Position numbers and translations under genes: made by a program. From NCBI GenBank assembly GCA_964291235.2, contig OZ219816.1:1312001-1376000 (forward strand): a stretch of DNA of 64,000 bases, read 5' to 3'. Shown in pieces: positions 33,581-43,011 of this stretch. The notes under the pieces were generated by a model. That model saw only the letters and a list, made by a program, of their open reading frames with translations, ran no database searches and was not told the origin of the DNA. Each line of letters begins with the position of its first letter. Positions within the stretch are counted from its first letter, which is position 1. This DNA comes from Vicinamibacteria bacterium. Lineage in GTDB: Bacteria; Acidobacteriota; Vicinamibacteria; Marinacidobacterales; Marinacidobacteraceae.

Positions 33581-35368
33581 TCAGCGATCCGCCACCCCTG
33601 CCGGAGCCCCCGGACCGCCGCTGCCGGGGGCTTGCGCGTCCGCACCGGCGAGCAGTTGGGATGCGTGCTGTCGGGCGCTTTCGGTGATCTCGGGTCCAGC
33701 GAGCATGCGGGCGATTTCCTCGATGCGGGAACCCTCTCCAAGGCGACGAACCCGAACCGCATTGCCGGATTCTAGTTTCTCGACCGTCAGGTGGACTCGC
33801 CCGAGGGCGGCAACCTGAGGCAGGTGGGTCACGGAGACGACCTGCCGGGAAGTCGCGAGGCGGCGGAGGCGGCGGCCCACGGCATCTGCGATCCGGCCGG
33901 AGGTTCCGGTGTCCGCCTCGTCGAAGATCAGGGTTGCGGCGCCTCCCTCTCCCGCTCCGGCCGCCTTGAGCGCCAGGAAGAACCGGGAGGACTCCCCCCC
34001 CGATGCGATCTCGCCGATCGGACCCGGCGCCATCTCGGAACTCGCGCTGAACAGGAACTCGACGCGGTCGAGGCCGTGTTCCGTGAAATGCCCGGTTCCG
34101 GGCTCCTCTTCCGCCTGAAACCGCCCCCGCACTGGTTCCAGCGCAATCGAGAAGCGAGCTCGCGGAATACCGAGTCCGGCGAGTTCGGCCTGCACCCGCT
34201 CGCCGAGTGCGCTCGCCGCGTTTTCCCGAGCGGCGTGGAGCGCCCCTGCCCTCTCCAGATAGCGCGAGGCGCCGGTCTCCGCGGCAGCCACCGCCCGGCG
34301 GCGCTCCTGGGCCTGGTCGGTGAGTTCGGCAAGAGCCTCCCGTATCTCCGCCGCCCGCGCGAGGAGTTCGTCCGCGCCACCCGTTCCTCGTGCGTAGCGC
34401 CGTTCCAGTCCGCGCAGTTCCCCGAGACGATCTTCGATTTCCGCGAGTCGCGCCGGCGCCGCCCGGACCCGGTCCCGCCGATCGCGCACTGCCGCCGCCA
34501 GATCCTCGACCTCCACGAGCAGGTCCGGGCGGCCCTCCAGCAGACGGGCTGTCTGGGGGTCGGAAGCCGCCGCGTCGTCGAGGGCGCGGAGTGCCACCGC
34601 CAGTTGGGAGCCGGCCGCCGCCTCGGACCCGTAAAGCGCCTGAAATGCACTTTCGAGCCGACCGGCGAGGTGTTCCGCATCACCGAGCGCGCGGCGCTCC
34701 GCAACGAGCGCCGCCATCTCGCCCGGCTCGGGCTGCACCCGTTCGATCTCTTCGAGCGTTCGCTGCATCTCGGCGCGCTCCGCGGCGGCCAACCGGAGGC
34801 GCTCCTCGAGCGCGTCCCGGTCCGCTTCGGCCGCACGCAGTTCACGAAAAGCCGCAGCGACCTCGTGCCGCAGACCGGCGTGCCCCCCGACGGCGTCCAC
34901 CGTCTCCCGCGCCGCCCCGGGCTGGAGCAGAGCCAGATACTCCCCCTGGCTGTACACCTCGGCGAGGTGCAGCCCCACCACGCGCAGCACCGCTACCGGA
35001 ACCGCGGCCCCGTTCAGGGACACCCGGTTCGAGATCGAGCGCCGTCCCGCGCCCAGACGCAGTTCCCGCCGGATCACGAGTTCGTCGTCTTCGGTCGATA
35101 TCCCGACCTCCTCACCCAACGCCTTGAGTCGTGCCCCGGTCGGAGATCCCGTTTCCGGGACGGCGAAGCCCGCCTCCACGACGGCCCGGTCCGCGGCCGG
35201 GCCCACGAGCTGCGAACGGCCGCGCGCACCGAGAACCAGTCCGAGCGCCTCGAGCAGCATGCTCTTTCCGACCCCCGTCTCGCCGGTCACCACGTTCAGC
35301 CCCTCTCCGAACTCAAGGGAAACATCCTTGAGAAGGGCGACGTTTCGCGCCCGCAGCCAATGAAGCAT
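33581..35368 (-). CDS. recN: DNA repair protein RecN
   Basis: TGETGVGKS, coiled coil, ASGGE, IFDEADTG and VTHLPQVAA. Confidence 0.95.
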   Translation of the reverse strand: MLHWLRARNVALLKDVSLEFGEGLNVVTGETGVGKSMLLEALGLVLGARGRSQLVGPAADRAVVEAGFAVPETGSPTGARLKALGEEVGISTEDDELVIRRELRLGAGRRSISNRVSLNGAAVPVAVLRVVGLHLAEVYSQGEYLALLQPGAARETVDAVGGHAGLRHEVAAAFRELRAAEADRDALEERLRLAAAERAEMQRTLEEIERVQPEPGEMAALVAERRALGDAEHLAGRLESAFQALYGSEAAAGSQLAVALRALDDAAASDPQTARLLEGRPDLLVEVEDLAAAVRDRRDRVRAAPARLAEIEDRLGELRGLERRYARGTGGADELLARAAEIREALAELTDQAQERRRAVAAAETGASRYLERAGALHAARENAASALGERVQAELAGLGIPRARFSIALEPVRGRFQAEEEPGTGHFTEHGLDRVEFLFSASSEMAPGPIGEIASGGESSRFFLALKAAGAGEGGAATLIFDEADTGTSGRIADAVGRRLRRLATSRQVVSVTHLPQVAALGRVHLTVEKLESGNAVRVRRLGEGSRIEEIARMLAGPEITESARQHASQLLAGADAQAPGSGGPGAPAGVADR

Positions 35369-35441
35369 CGGGATCCGGAGCGCCGGGAATTGCGCGTTAG
35401 CAGCCTGTGGACAAAGTGACGTGAGCACCGAGAACGGGGAG

Positions 35442-35562
35442 GCCCAGTTCTCCCGGTGGGGCCAGTTCTCCCGGTGGGGGCCCGGCTGACCCCGTTCTCC
35501 CGGTGAGGGGCCGGTTCAGCCGGGATCCATCGCCGTTCGAGCCCCCACCGGGAGAACTGGGC
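35442..35562. repeat. REP-like cluster CCAGTTCTCCCGGTGGGG (three direct copies, one inverted)
   Basis: Copies at ~35444, 35462 and 35492 (variant), inverted copy at 35543; another copy at 57122. Confidence 0.75.
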
Positions 35563-35708
35563 CGCGTGACTTTAGCCACAGGCTGCCAGGCCGCTGACGG
35601 ACGGGTTTCGGTCCCGGAGCCGGGCCAGACTCGGACACCGCCGGGTGCTGGCGCAGAAACGGACCCGAACCCCAACAGGTAGTGGGTGGGCATGGGTTAG
35701 GCTACTAT

Positions 35709-36581
35709 ATGTTGGGTATCCTGGTTACCCGCATCCTCTACGTGTTCGCCCGGTTCACGGCTTCGTGCAGCGCTGTTTTTGGGGCCGGGGTTTCGGTGCT
35801 GTTGCCCGCGACCGCGTGGGCGGGACAGGCGCCACCCGAGCAGCAGGCCGTCGAGGAAACCGTCACCGCGGTGGACATCGGCCGCTCCGGCGGACTGTTC
35901 GAGGGCGGCGGGATCCTCGGGCTCGTGGTGGAGGCCGGACCGGTTTCCTGGTTCGTCCTCGCAACACTCCTGTTCTTCAGCCTGTTCTCCTGGGCAATCA
36001 TCCTGAACAAGACCCGGCGACTGCGGCGGGCGGAACGGAATTCGGCGGCGTTCCTGAAACACTTCCGCTCTGCCACGCGATTCGCGGATGTCGTGACCTG
36101 GGCTCGGAAGCACCCGGACAGTCCGCTCGCCAGGCTCTTCAAAGCCGGCTACCAGGAGGTGCGGTATCAGTCCCGGCTGGATCAGGAAGACGAGGAGTCG
36201 ATGCGGCTGAGGGTGTCCAACATGGAAGCCGTGGCGCGATCGCTCCTCCGCGCCTCCTCGACCGAAACCGCAGCCCTCGAACAACGGATGATTTTCCTCG
36301 CGACTACCGGCGGCGCGACACCGTTCATCGGCCTGTTCGGAACCGTCTGGGGGATCATGAACGCGTTTCAGGACATCGCGCTGACCCAGGCGGCCAACAT
36401 CAGCGTCGTCGCCCCCGGCGTGTCGGAAGCACTGATTGCGACCGCTGCAGGCTTGGCGGCGGCGATTCCGGCAGTGATCGCCTACAACGCTTTTCTGGCC
36501 CAGATCCGCCGGATCACCAACACCATGGACGATTTTTCGCTGGAGTACGTGGCCATGCTGGAACGGCACCTGGCCCGCTGA
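35709..36581 (+). CDS. tolQ: TolQ (MotA/ExbB family)
   Basis: FLATTGGATPFIGLFGTVWGIM and APGVSEALIATAAGL. Start uncertain. Confidence 0.92.
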   Translation: MLGILVTRILYVFARFTASCSAVFGAGVSVLLPATAWAGQAPPEQQAVEETVTAVDIGRSGGLFEGGGILGLVVEAGPVSWFVLATLLFFSLFSWAIILNKTRRLRRAERNSAAFLKHFRSATRFADVVTWARKHPDSPLARLFKAGYQEVRYQSRLDQEDEESMRLRVSNMEAVARSLLRASSTETAALEQRMIFLATTGGATPFIGLFGTVWGIMNAFQDIALTQAANISVVAPGVSEALIATAAGLAAAIPAVIAYNAFLAQIRRITNTMDDFSLEYVAMLERHLAR

Positions 36582-36585
36582 CAGC

Positions 36586-37077
36586 ATGGCCATGGGGACC
36601 GCCGGAGGTTCCGCCGGAGGTTCAGGTCCGGGTTCGGGCTCCGCGCTGGCCCAACTCGGCGCCAAGCGGAGGGCGACCGCCGGAACCGCACTGTCCGAGA
36701 TCAACGTAACCCCCTTTGTGGACGTGGTACTCGTCTTGCTGATCATTTTCATGGTGACCGCCCCGCTCCTCGTCCGCTCGCTCGAGGTGAACCTGCCCAC
36801 GGCGCGCATGCGGTCGGCGGAGGCAACCGAGCGCGTCATTGTCACCGTCGATGCCGAGGGACGCACCTTCGTCGGAGAGCGCGCCGTGAATCCACTTCTC
36901 CTCGAGGAGCGGCTTCGTGAAATCGTCGATCTGGAAGGGGCTCGCGAAGGCTATCTGCAGGGGGATGTCTCGCTAGAATACGGACAGGTCATCGAGGTAA
37001 TCGACACGATGAAACGAGCGGGTTTTGACCGCGTTGGTCTCGTGTACGCCTACCCCGGCGAACAGCGCCAGAGGTAG
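36586..37077 (+). CDS. tolR: TolR/ExbD
   Basis: EINVTPFVDVVLVLLIIFMVTAP. Confidence 0.93.
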   Translation: MAMGTAGGSAGGSGPGSGSALAQLGAKRRATAGTALSEINVTPFVDVVLVLLIIFMVTAPLLVRSLEVNLPTARMRSAEATERVIVTVDAEGRTFVGERAVNPLLLEERLREIVDLEGAREGYLQGDVSLEYGQVIEVIDTMKRAGFDRVGLVYAYPGEQRQR

Positions 37078-37083
37078 TAGCCC

Positions 37084-38091
37084 GTGCCGGATCCACCCCG
37101 GAACCCACCCGTCCGGCGACCGACCGTCGCGTCCCCCCCGTCAACTCCCCCGTCCACAAGGTCGCCAACGAGGTCGTCACCGAGATCCGCATCGCGGGGT
37201 TCCGAAGACACGTTCCGGCGGAACCTCATGTGGTCGGCGACCGCGCACGTTGTTTTTCTCGGAGGCGCCGCGGTAGGTCTTGACCTCGACCGGAGACCTG
37301 ATCTCCTGCCTCCTTCCGCGGCCTTCATCGAACTCGGCATGTCCGGGCCGAACCCGACGCCCAACCTGGGCAGCGTGGCGGCGGCGCCCCCTGCCCCGGC
37401 GCCCGAGCCCGAACCCGAGCCCGAGCCGGAACCGCCGGCTCCCGAACCTCCGGAACCTGAGCCCGCCGCTCCCGAGCCACCGCCGTCCCGCCCGGAGGTA
37501 GTGCGCCCCACCGTCGAAAACCGGGACCGCATGCCGGTACCGGACGCCCGGGAGCGCCGCCGGTCCGCCCGCCCCGAGCGCCCGGAATCCGGCCTTCGGG
37601 GCCGGGATGCGGCGTGGGCGGACTCCGCGCGGCTCGAAACCCGCCGTCCCGTCGACACCAAATCCCGCCCGACCCGGCGCTCCGTCACTTCGAGTGCAGC
37701 CAACCGGGAAGCTGCCGGGAACACCGGAATCGGTCTCGGAGGGACGCCCGGAGGCACCCAGTTCGACCAGGATTTCGAATACGCGTTTTACCAGCGCCAG
37801 ATGATCGCCCGGATCCAGGCGAACTGGCAGCAGATCCCCGTTCGGGGACGGGCCACCGTCGTAATCCGGTTCACCATTTTCCGCGACGGCGGTATCAGCG
37901 ATGCGGAGGTCGAGACTTCGAGCGGTCAGTCGCTGCTCGACCGCGCCGCGCTCAGGGCGGTCGTCCTCGCCGAACCGCTTCCGCGGCTCCCTGACAGTTA
38001 TCCTCGGGATCGCGTCGGGGTCCACCTGCTCTTCACCTATTCGCAGGAAGCGAACGGCAGTCCGGACGGGCCGCCGGCCGAGGCTCCATGA
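37084..38091 (+). CDS. tolA: TolA/TonB-family energy transducer
   Basis: TM with SxxxH, (PE)n linker and C-terminal SSG..LDRAALRAV; position in the tol operon. Confidence 0.8.
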   Translation: MPDPPRNPPVRRPTVASPPSTPPSTRSPTRSSPRSASRGSEDTFRRNLMWSATAHVVFLGGAAVGLDLDRRPDLLPPSAAFIELGMSGPNPTPNLGSVAAAPPAPAPEPEPEPEPEPPAPEPPEPEPAAPEPPPSRPEVVRPTVENRDRMPVPDARERRRSARPERPESGLRGRDAAWADSARLETRRPVDTKSRPTRRSVTSSAANREAAGNTGIGLGGTPGGTQFDQDFEYAFYQRQMIARIQANWQQIPVRGRATVVIRFTIFRDGGISDAEVETSSGQSLLDRAALRAVVLAEPLPRLPDSYPRDRVGVHLLFTYSQEANGSPDGPPAEAP

Positions 38092-39626
38092 GACACCCCC
38101 TACCCCGTCTTGGCCTCGCGTTCGCCGGTGCGGCGCTGGCCACCGGAGTCGCGGCGGCTTTCGTGCCGGTTTCCGTTTCGGTTGGCGCCGCCACCCCGGC
38201 CGGGGTCACGAACGCTTCGCCGGAGGCCGCAAGCGTCAGCGCCTCCTCCCGCAACCGAGTCCCGGCAAGCACGCTGAACTCCTCCCAGGACGCCGGCGAC
38301 TGGTATCTGGACATCACGCGCCCGGGAGCTCCGGTCAGGATGGCCATCCCGGATTTCAAGGCGGATTTCAACCCGATGCTGTCGGAGTCCGAACCGGGCG
38401 TCGGTGGCGAATCTCCGGCCGGAGACCCCCAACCGCTCGCCGACGAAACGGCCGCGGCGGTGTCGGTAGCCAGCGCGGTGCTGTGGGATGACATCGAGTA
38501 CGCCGGCGTGTACCGGATGCTTCCGAAGCGCTTTTATCGGATCGCCCAGGCCGGCTCCGCCGACCAGGCGCTTGATTACTACCAGTGGGAGTCGATCGGA
38601 GCCGACATCCTGATCGACGGAAATCTCTGGATCGAGGGCGATCTGCTGGTCGCCGAAGTCCGGATGCACGCGGTCCGGGCGCAGGAAAACGTCTTCGGCC
38701 GCCGCTACACGGCAGCTCGCGGCGCCGCCCGGCTGCTGGCTCACCGGATCGCGGATGACATCCTGGAACACGCGGGCAACTATCAGGGAGTAGCCCGGAC
38801 CCGGATCGCCTTCTCCACCACCCGTGCACAGCCGCGCAGCAAGGAAATCTTCCTGATGGATTACGACGGGCACGGCCAGCGGCCGGTGACCGCCAACGGC
38901 TCCTTGAACATCACCCCGAGTTGGTCGCCGGATGGGAGAGCCCTGAGCTACATCTCCTATCGCGAAGGCGCCCCCGCGCTCTATCTCGCGTTTCTCTATC
39001 AGGGCCGCGGAGAGAGACTCGTAGGGGACTTCCAATCCTTCACCCCTTCCTGGTCCCCGGACGGAAGGTGGATCGCGTTCACCTCGAATCGCGACGGCCA
39101 ATCCGAAATCTATCTGGCCGCGGTGGACGGCAGCGAACTGCGAAGACTCACCGACCACCGCGCCATCGACGTCGCCCCTACCTGGTCTCCGAACGGACGC
39201 ACAATCGCCTTCACTTCCGACCGGACGGGAGCCCCGCAGATCTACACCATGGATCGGGACGGCCTGAATCTGCGGCGCATTTCCTTCGAGGGCTCGTATA
39301 ACGACTCCCCTGCCTGGTCTCCGTCGCGGCAGTACAGCGAAATCGCCTACGCCTCCCGGATCGAGCGCCGTCCCTTCGACATTGTCGTTCATGATTTCGA
39401 GACGCGGCAGACGCGCCAGCTCACCACCGGACGCGGCAGCAACGAGAGTCCATCCTGGGCGCCCAACGGCCTGCACCTTGCGTTCACATCCAATCGTTCC
39501 GGCAGCGACCAGGTCTTCACCATGCACCGGGACGGTTCCAATCCGAAGCAACTCACCCGCGAGGGAAACAACACCACTCCGCGCTGGGGCAACCCCCCTC
39601 AAAACCCGCAATCGAGGCCGCGCTGA
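38088..39626 (+). CDS. tolB: TolB
   Basis: AHRIADDI, TRIAF, MDYDG and repeated PSWSPDG blades. Confidence 0.93.
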   Translation: MRHPLPRLGLAFAGAALATGVAAAFVPVSVSVGAATPAGVTNASPEAASVSASSRNRVPASTLNSSQDAGDWYLDITRPGAPVRMAIPDFKADFNPMLSESEPGVGGESPAGDPQPLADETAAAVSVASAVLWDDIEYAGVYRMLPKRFYRIAQAGSADQALDYYQWESIGADILIDGNLWIEGDLLVAEVRMHAVRAQENVFGRRYTAARGAARLLAHRIADDILEHAGNYQGVARTRIAFSTTRAQPRSKEIFLMDYDGHGQRPVTANGSLNITPSWSPDGRALSYISYREGAPALYLAFLYQGRGERLVGDFQSFTPSWSPDGRWIAFTSNRDGQSEIYLAAVDGSELRRLTDHRAIDVAPTWSPNGRTIAFTSDRTGAPQIYTMDRDGLNLRRISFEGSYNDSPAWSPSRQYSEIAYASRIERRPFDIVVHDFETRQTRQLTTGRGSNESPSWAPNGLHLAFTSNRSGSDQVFTMHRDGSNPKQLTREGNNTTPRWGNPPQNPQSRPR

Positions 39627-40267
39627 TGAGACTCATACTGACCCGCCGGGCACTGGTAGCCACCGTTTCGGTGGCTCTCCTTTTCGCGCTGTTGTTCGGG
39701 GGGGCTGCCTGTTCTTCGGTTTCGCGCGGCCCGGCGACGGGGAGTGAGCCGGTGGCCGCTCCGATGACCGCTGCTGCCGAAGCGACGGAGTCGACGATGG
39801 CCGCCGAGCCGGAATCCTCGGATTCCGGTGGGTTGACCGAGGACGAAATCCTCGCCATCCCGCCCGAGGTGGGGAGCGAAACCGATCTTCTGGACATCGG
39901 TTCAAAGAGCCTGGAAGATCTGAATGCCGAGGGGCACCTCCAAGACGTGCAGTTCGAGTACGACAGCGCCCAGCTCAGCCCCAGGATCCGGGCCACCCTG
40001 GAAGAAAACGCCGACTGGCTGGCCCGCTACCCCACCGTCAGGATCCTGGTCGAGGGACACTGCGACGAACGGGGAACGATGGAATACAACCTCGCTCTCG
40101 GGGAGGAACGCGCCCGGGCCGTCCGGGACTACCTGCAGGAGCTCGGCGTCGGTTCCGGCCGGATGCGGATCATCAGTTACGGCAAGGAATTTCCTCTCGA
40201 CCCGGCTCACAACGAAGCTGCCTGGCGCCGGAATCGGCGCGCCCATCTGGAGATCGTCGCCAAGTGA
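39626..40267 (+). CDS. pal: Peptidoglycan-associated lipoprotein
   Basis: Lipobox, EGHCDERGT.EYNLALGEERA and SYGKE..NRRA. Confidence 0.95.
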   Translation: MRLILTRRALVATVSVALLFALLFGGAACSSVSRGPATGSEPVAAPMTAAAEATESTMAAEPESSDSGGLTEDEILAIPPEVGSETDLLDIGSKSLEDLNAEGHLQDVQFEYDSAQLSPRIRATLEENADWLARYPTVRILVEGHCDERGTMEYNLALGEERARAVRDYLQELGVGSGRMRIISYGKEFPLDPAHNEAAWRRNRRAHLEIVAK

Positions 40268-41220
40268 ATCCTCCCCCCACCGCATCCCGCTCCGGATTCC
40301 TCGTCGCCGGGGCGCTCCTGCTATCCCTCTCGGCCCCCGCCGTTTGTCTCGCTGGGGAAGCACTCGCCGGCGCTCAGCGGGACCAAAACCGCATCGTGTC
40401 CGAGATCCGGCAGATTCAGGTGCAACTGGCCACCCTGGTGGAGGCGCAGACTGCCCTGTTGCAGACCGTGGAACGTCTCCTCGAAGACCGGGAGGAACAA
40501 CTGACCGCGGACCGTCGCAGCCGCGCCGAAACCATGAACGCCCTGGATCGGATGGAGCGCAACGTCGCGACTCTGAGCGAAGCGTTCCGAAGTAGCAACG
40601 ACCGCCTTTCCGCCCTCATGGTGGAAGTGGAGGCGGTGCGGGATGCGCAGCGCCGAGCCGCCCTCACGGGGACTTCTCCGGCGACCGCCGCCGAGGAAAC
40701 TTCGAACGACGGTGAGGGAAACGAAGCGCCGGAGACCGGAAACGACGCGGCGACCGCTGCCGACGAGACCTCCGGGGAAGAAGGCGCGGACACCGGAGGC
40801 AGCACGGAAGAAGGAGCAACCCTCCTGGATGCGCCGAGTGTTTCCCAGATCTACTACGAGGCCGAGGCCGATTACCACCAGGGACGCTACGACCTCGCGT
40901 ACGCGAGCTTCGAGCGGGTTGCGGATCAAGGGGGAGCACTGGCGGACAACGCCCGTTTCTTCATGGGGGAATGCCGCCTGGCCGAAGAGCGTCTCGACGA
41001 CGCACTGGATCAATTTGAAATCGTGATCCGGGACTTCCCGGACAGCAGCAAGCATGGCGAGGCCTGGTACAGGAAAGGCCTCATTCTCGGGCGGATGGGG
41101 CATGACTCCGATGCGCGCGAAATCTTTGAGGACATCTTGGATGTTTTCGCCGGTACCACGGCGGCGCGTCTGGCGAAAAGGGAGCTGGACGCCATGCCCC
41201 CGCGGGATCCCGGCCGTTGA
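40264..41220 (+). CDS. cpoB: CpoB/YbgF coiled-coil TPR protein
   Basis: Follows pal; signal peptide, coiled coil and C-terminal TPRs. Confidence 0.8.
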   Translation: MNPPPTASRSGFLVAGALLLSLSAPAVCLAGEALAGAQRDQNRIVSEIRQIQVQLATLVEAQTALLQTVERLLEDREEQLTADRRSRAETMNALDRMERNVATLSEAFRSSNDRLSALMVEVEAVRDAQRRAALTGTSPATAAEETSNDGEGNEAPETGNDAATAADETSGEEGADTGGSTEEGATLLDAPSVSQIYYEAEADYHQGRYDLAYASFERVADQGGALADNARFFMGECRLAEERLDDALDQFEIVIRDFPDSSKHGEAWYRKGLILGRMGHDSDAREIFEDILDVFAGTTAARLAKRELDAMPPRDPGR

Positions 41221-41258
41221 GAGCCGGCCGCGCCACGCGGCCGGAAGGAGTAGTTGTG

Positions 41259-42062
41259 ATGCGAGATCTGAACAAGGTTGTTCTGCGCGGAGTGGTTTCC
41301 GACGCTCCCCGAACCCGCGTCTTTGACGACGGACGCAAGCTCGTGAGCCTGAACGTCAAGACCGTGACCATCGAAAACGACGAGAAGGGTGCGATGCGGG
41401 AACGGCCTGCCTGGCACCGGGTCGAAGTCCGCGGCGAGCGGAATTCCGAAACCGCCGAGAGAATGGCTCCCGACAGCCCCGTGTACGTGGAAGGACGCCT
41501 GCGAACCCGCAAGTACCAACGAGACGGTGAGGACGTGTACGTCACCGAGATTCGCGCCGAAATCGTGCGCGAAACCGAAAACCCGGACCCTCACATCAAC
41601 CGTTCGATCGTCCTGGGAAATCTGGGGAGGACACCGGAACTCAAGCGATTCGATTCCTTCATGGTCATGAACCTGGCCGTGGCCACGAGCGAAACGTGGT
41701 CCCGCCGGGACGGGGAGACCGGAGAAGAGACCGAATGGCACCAGGTCGCGGTGTTCGGAGAAGCCGCCCAGCGCCTCGATGGACAGCTCGAGAAGGGGCA
41801 GCGAGTCCTGGTGGACGGGCTCCTGCAGAGCCGGAAGTACAACGACCGGAGCGGCCGGGAACGCCGAGTCACGGAAACCCGGGCTCATTCGGTGCTGGGG
41901 AGCGGCAGCTCACGTCCCGGCAGATCCGACGGCGGAAACCCAGCTTCAACGGGGGGATTCGATGCGAACTCCGGGCGACGCAAGGCTGAGCGGCAACCCG
42001 ACGCCTGGGGATCGAGCGGAGTGAATACCAGCGACGACGACGGAGACGACGTCCCGTTCTGA
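41259..42062 (+). CDS. ssb: Single-stranded DNA-binding protein with two tandem OB folds
   Basis: LNKVVLRG..WHRV..VYVEGRLRTRKY, then INRSIVLGNLG..EWHQV..VLVDGLLQSRKY; acidic tail DDVPF. Confidence 0.92.
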   Translation: MRDLNKVVLRGVVSDAPRTRVFDDGRKLVSLNVKTVTIENDEKGAMRERPAWHRVEVRGERNSETAERMAPDSPVYVEGRLRTRKYQRDGEDVYVTEIRAEIVRETENPDPHINRSIVLGNLGRTPELKRFDSFMVMNLAVATSETWSRRDGETGEETEWHQVAVFGEAAQRLDGQLEKGQRVLVDGLLQSRKYNDRSGRERRVTETRAHSVLGSGSSRPGRSDGGNPASTGGFDANSGRRKAERQPDAWGSSGVNTSDDDGDDVPF

Positions 42063-42101
42063 CCGCGAGCGGCCGCGGGGCGGGGCGCGGAAAATAAAAA
42101 A
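42063..42101. terminator. GC-rich hairpin plus A-tract after ssb
   Basis: CCGCG..CGCGG followed by AAAATAAAAAA (U-tract on the - strand). Confidence 0.4.
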
Positions 42102-42307
42102 GACCGCACCAGCACTCTGGATCGAGGTCTGCGCCCCGCATCCGGACCGCGGGACTGCTTTGCCTGATTCCGTAAAGGCGATCGGCGAGGCGCCGCTGGC
42201 GCTCTCCCGGCTGCCGTGCCGAGCGGCAGGTCGGCGCAGTCCTGCTGGTAGGGCTTTTCTTGCCCATCCCGGTCCGTGACCCTCCACCATCCTTCACTCT
42301 GGCATAC

Positions 42308-42321
42308 CAGACAAATGTCTG
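42308..42321. promoter_or_regulatory. Putative LexA operator
   Basis: Palindrome CAGACA-AA-TGTCTG next to a -10-like TATGCT, 13 nt before the lexA ATG. Confidence 0.65.
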
Positions 42322-42334
42322 TTATGCTGCGTAC

Positions 42335-42958
42335 ATGCCCAAAACGCCACCGGGACAGACCCGGAATCGGATCTTCGGCTTTGTCCGTGATCGTCTGCTG
42401 CAGGGGGACTCCCCTTCCCTTCGCGAAGTGCAGCGGCATTTCGGCTTTCGAGCCGTGGAGACCGTGCGGGCCCACCTCACCGCTCTCGTGGAAGAAGGGC
42501 GCCTGGCCAAGGAGTCGGGCCGCTCCCGCGGCTACCGATTGCCCTCTCCGGCGTCAGGCTGGTCTTCCAACCGCCCGCAGCCAGTCCCCCTGCTGGGAGA
42601 GGTCGCCGCCGGAGGTTTCGAAGAAGCCATTGAGAACCCGGAGGGGAATCTCCCGGTAGAAATCCCCGATTCCCGGGATCTTTCGGACTACTTCGCACTC
42701 CGGGTGCGGGGGGAAAGCATGTCCGGCGCCGGCATCCTGCCCGGCGACACCGTCATCGTCGAACGCCGGACCACTCCCGTTTCCGGCCAGATCGTGGTGG
42801 CGCTTCTCGAAGAAGAAGCCACGGTGAAGCGACTTCACCTGGGACGGGACGGGATGGAGTTGCGGCCGGAAAACCCCGATTTCCAAACACTCCGTCCACC
42901 TCCCGGATCCTGCCGAATCCTGGGAAGAGTCGTGGAATTGCGACGCCAAATTCGCTGA
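42335..42958 (+). CDS. lexA: LexA repressor of the mutagenesis cassette
   Basis: PSLREVQ HTH, cleavage site VAAG, catalytic Ser in GESM and Lys in TVKR. Confidence 0.93.
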   Translation: MPKTPPGQTRNRIFGFVRDRLLQGDSPSLREVQRHFGFRAVETVRAHLTALVEEGRLAKESGRSRGYRLPSPASGWSSNRPQPVPLLGEVAAGGFEEAIENPEGNLPVEIPDSRDLSDYFALRVRGESMSGAGILPGDTVIVERRTTPVSGQIVVALLEEEATVKRLHLGRDGMELRPENPDFQTLRPPPGSCRILGRVVELRRQIR

Positions 42959-43011
42959 ACACCCCCTCAATACCGAATCCCCCAATTCTGAATTCCAGCC
43001 AAGAGAAAACC

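Noticed and set aside
37385-37485. Tandem CCCGA(A/G) repeats as a DNA element
   Set aside because: They simply encode the (Pro-Glu)n linker of TolA/TonB.
42140-42215. Glycine riboswitch (GGAGAG..CCGA..TCAGG on the - strand)
   Set aside because: Only a partial match, and no downstream gene lies on that strand.
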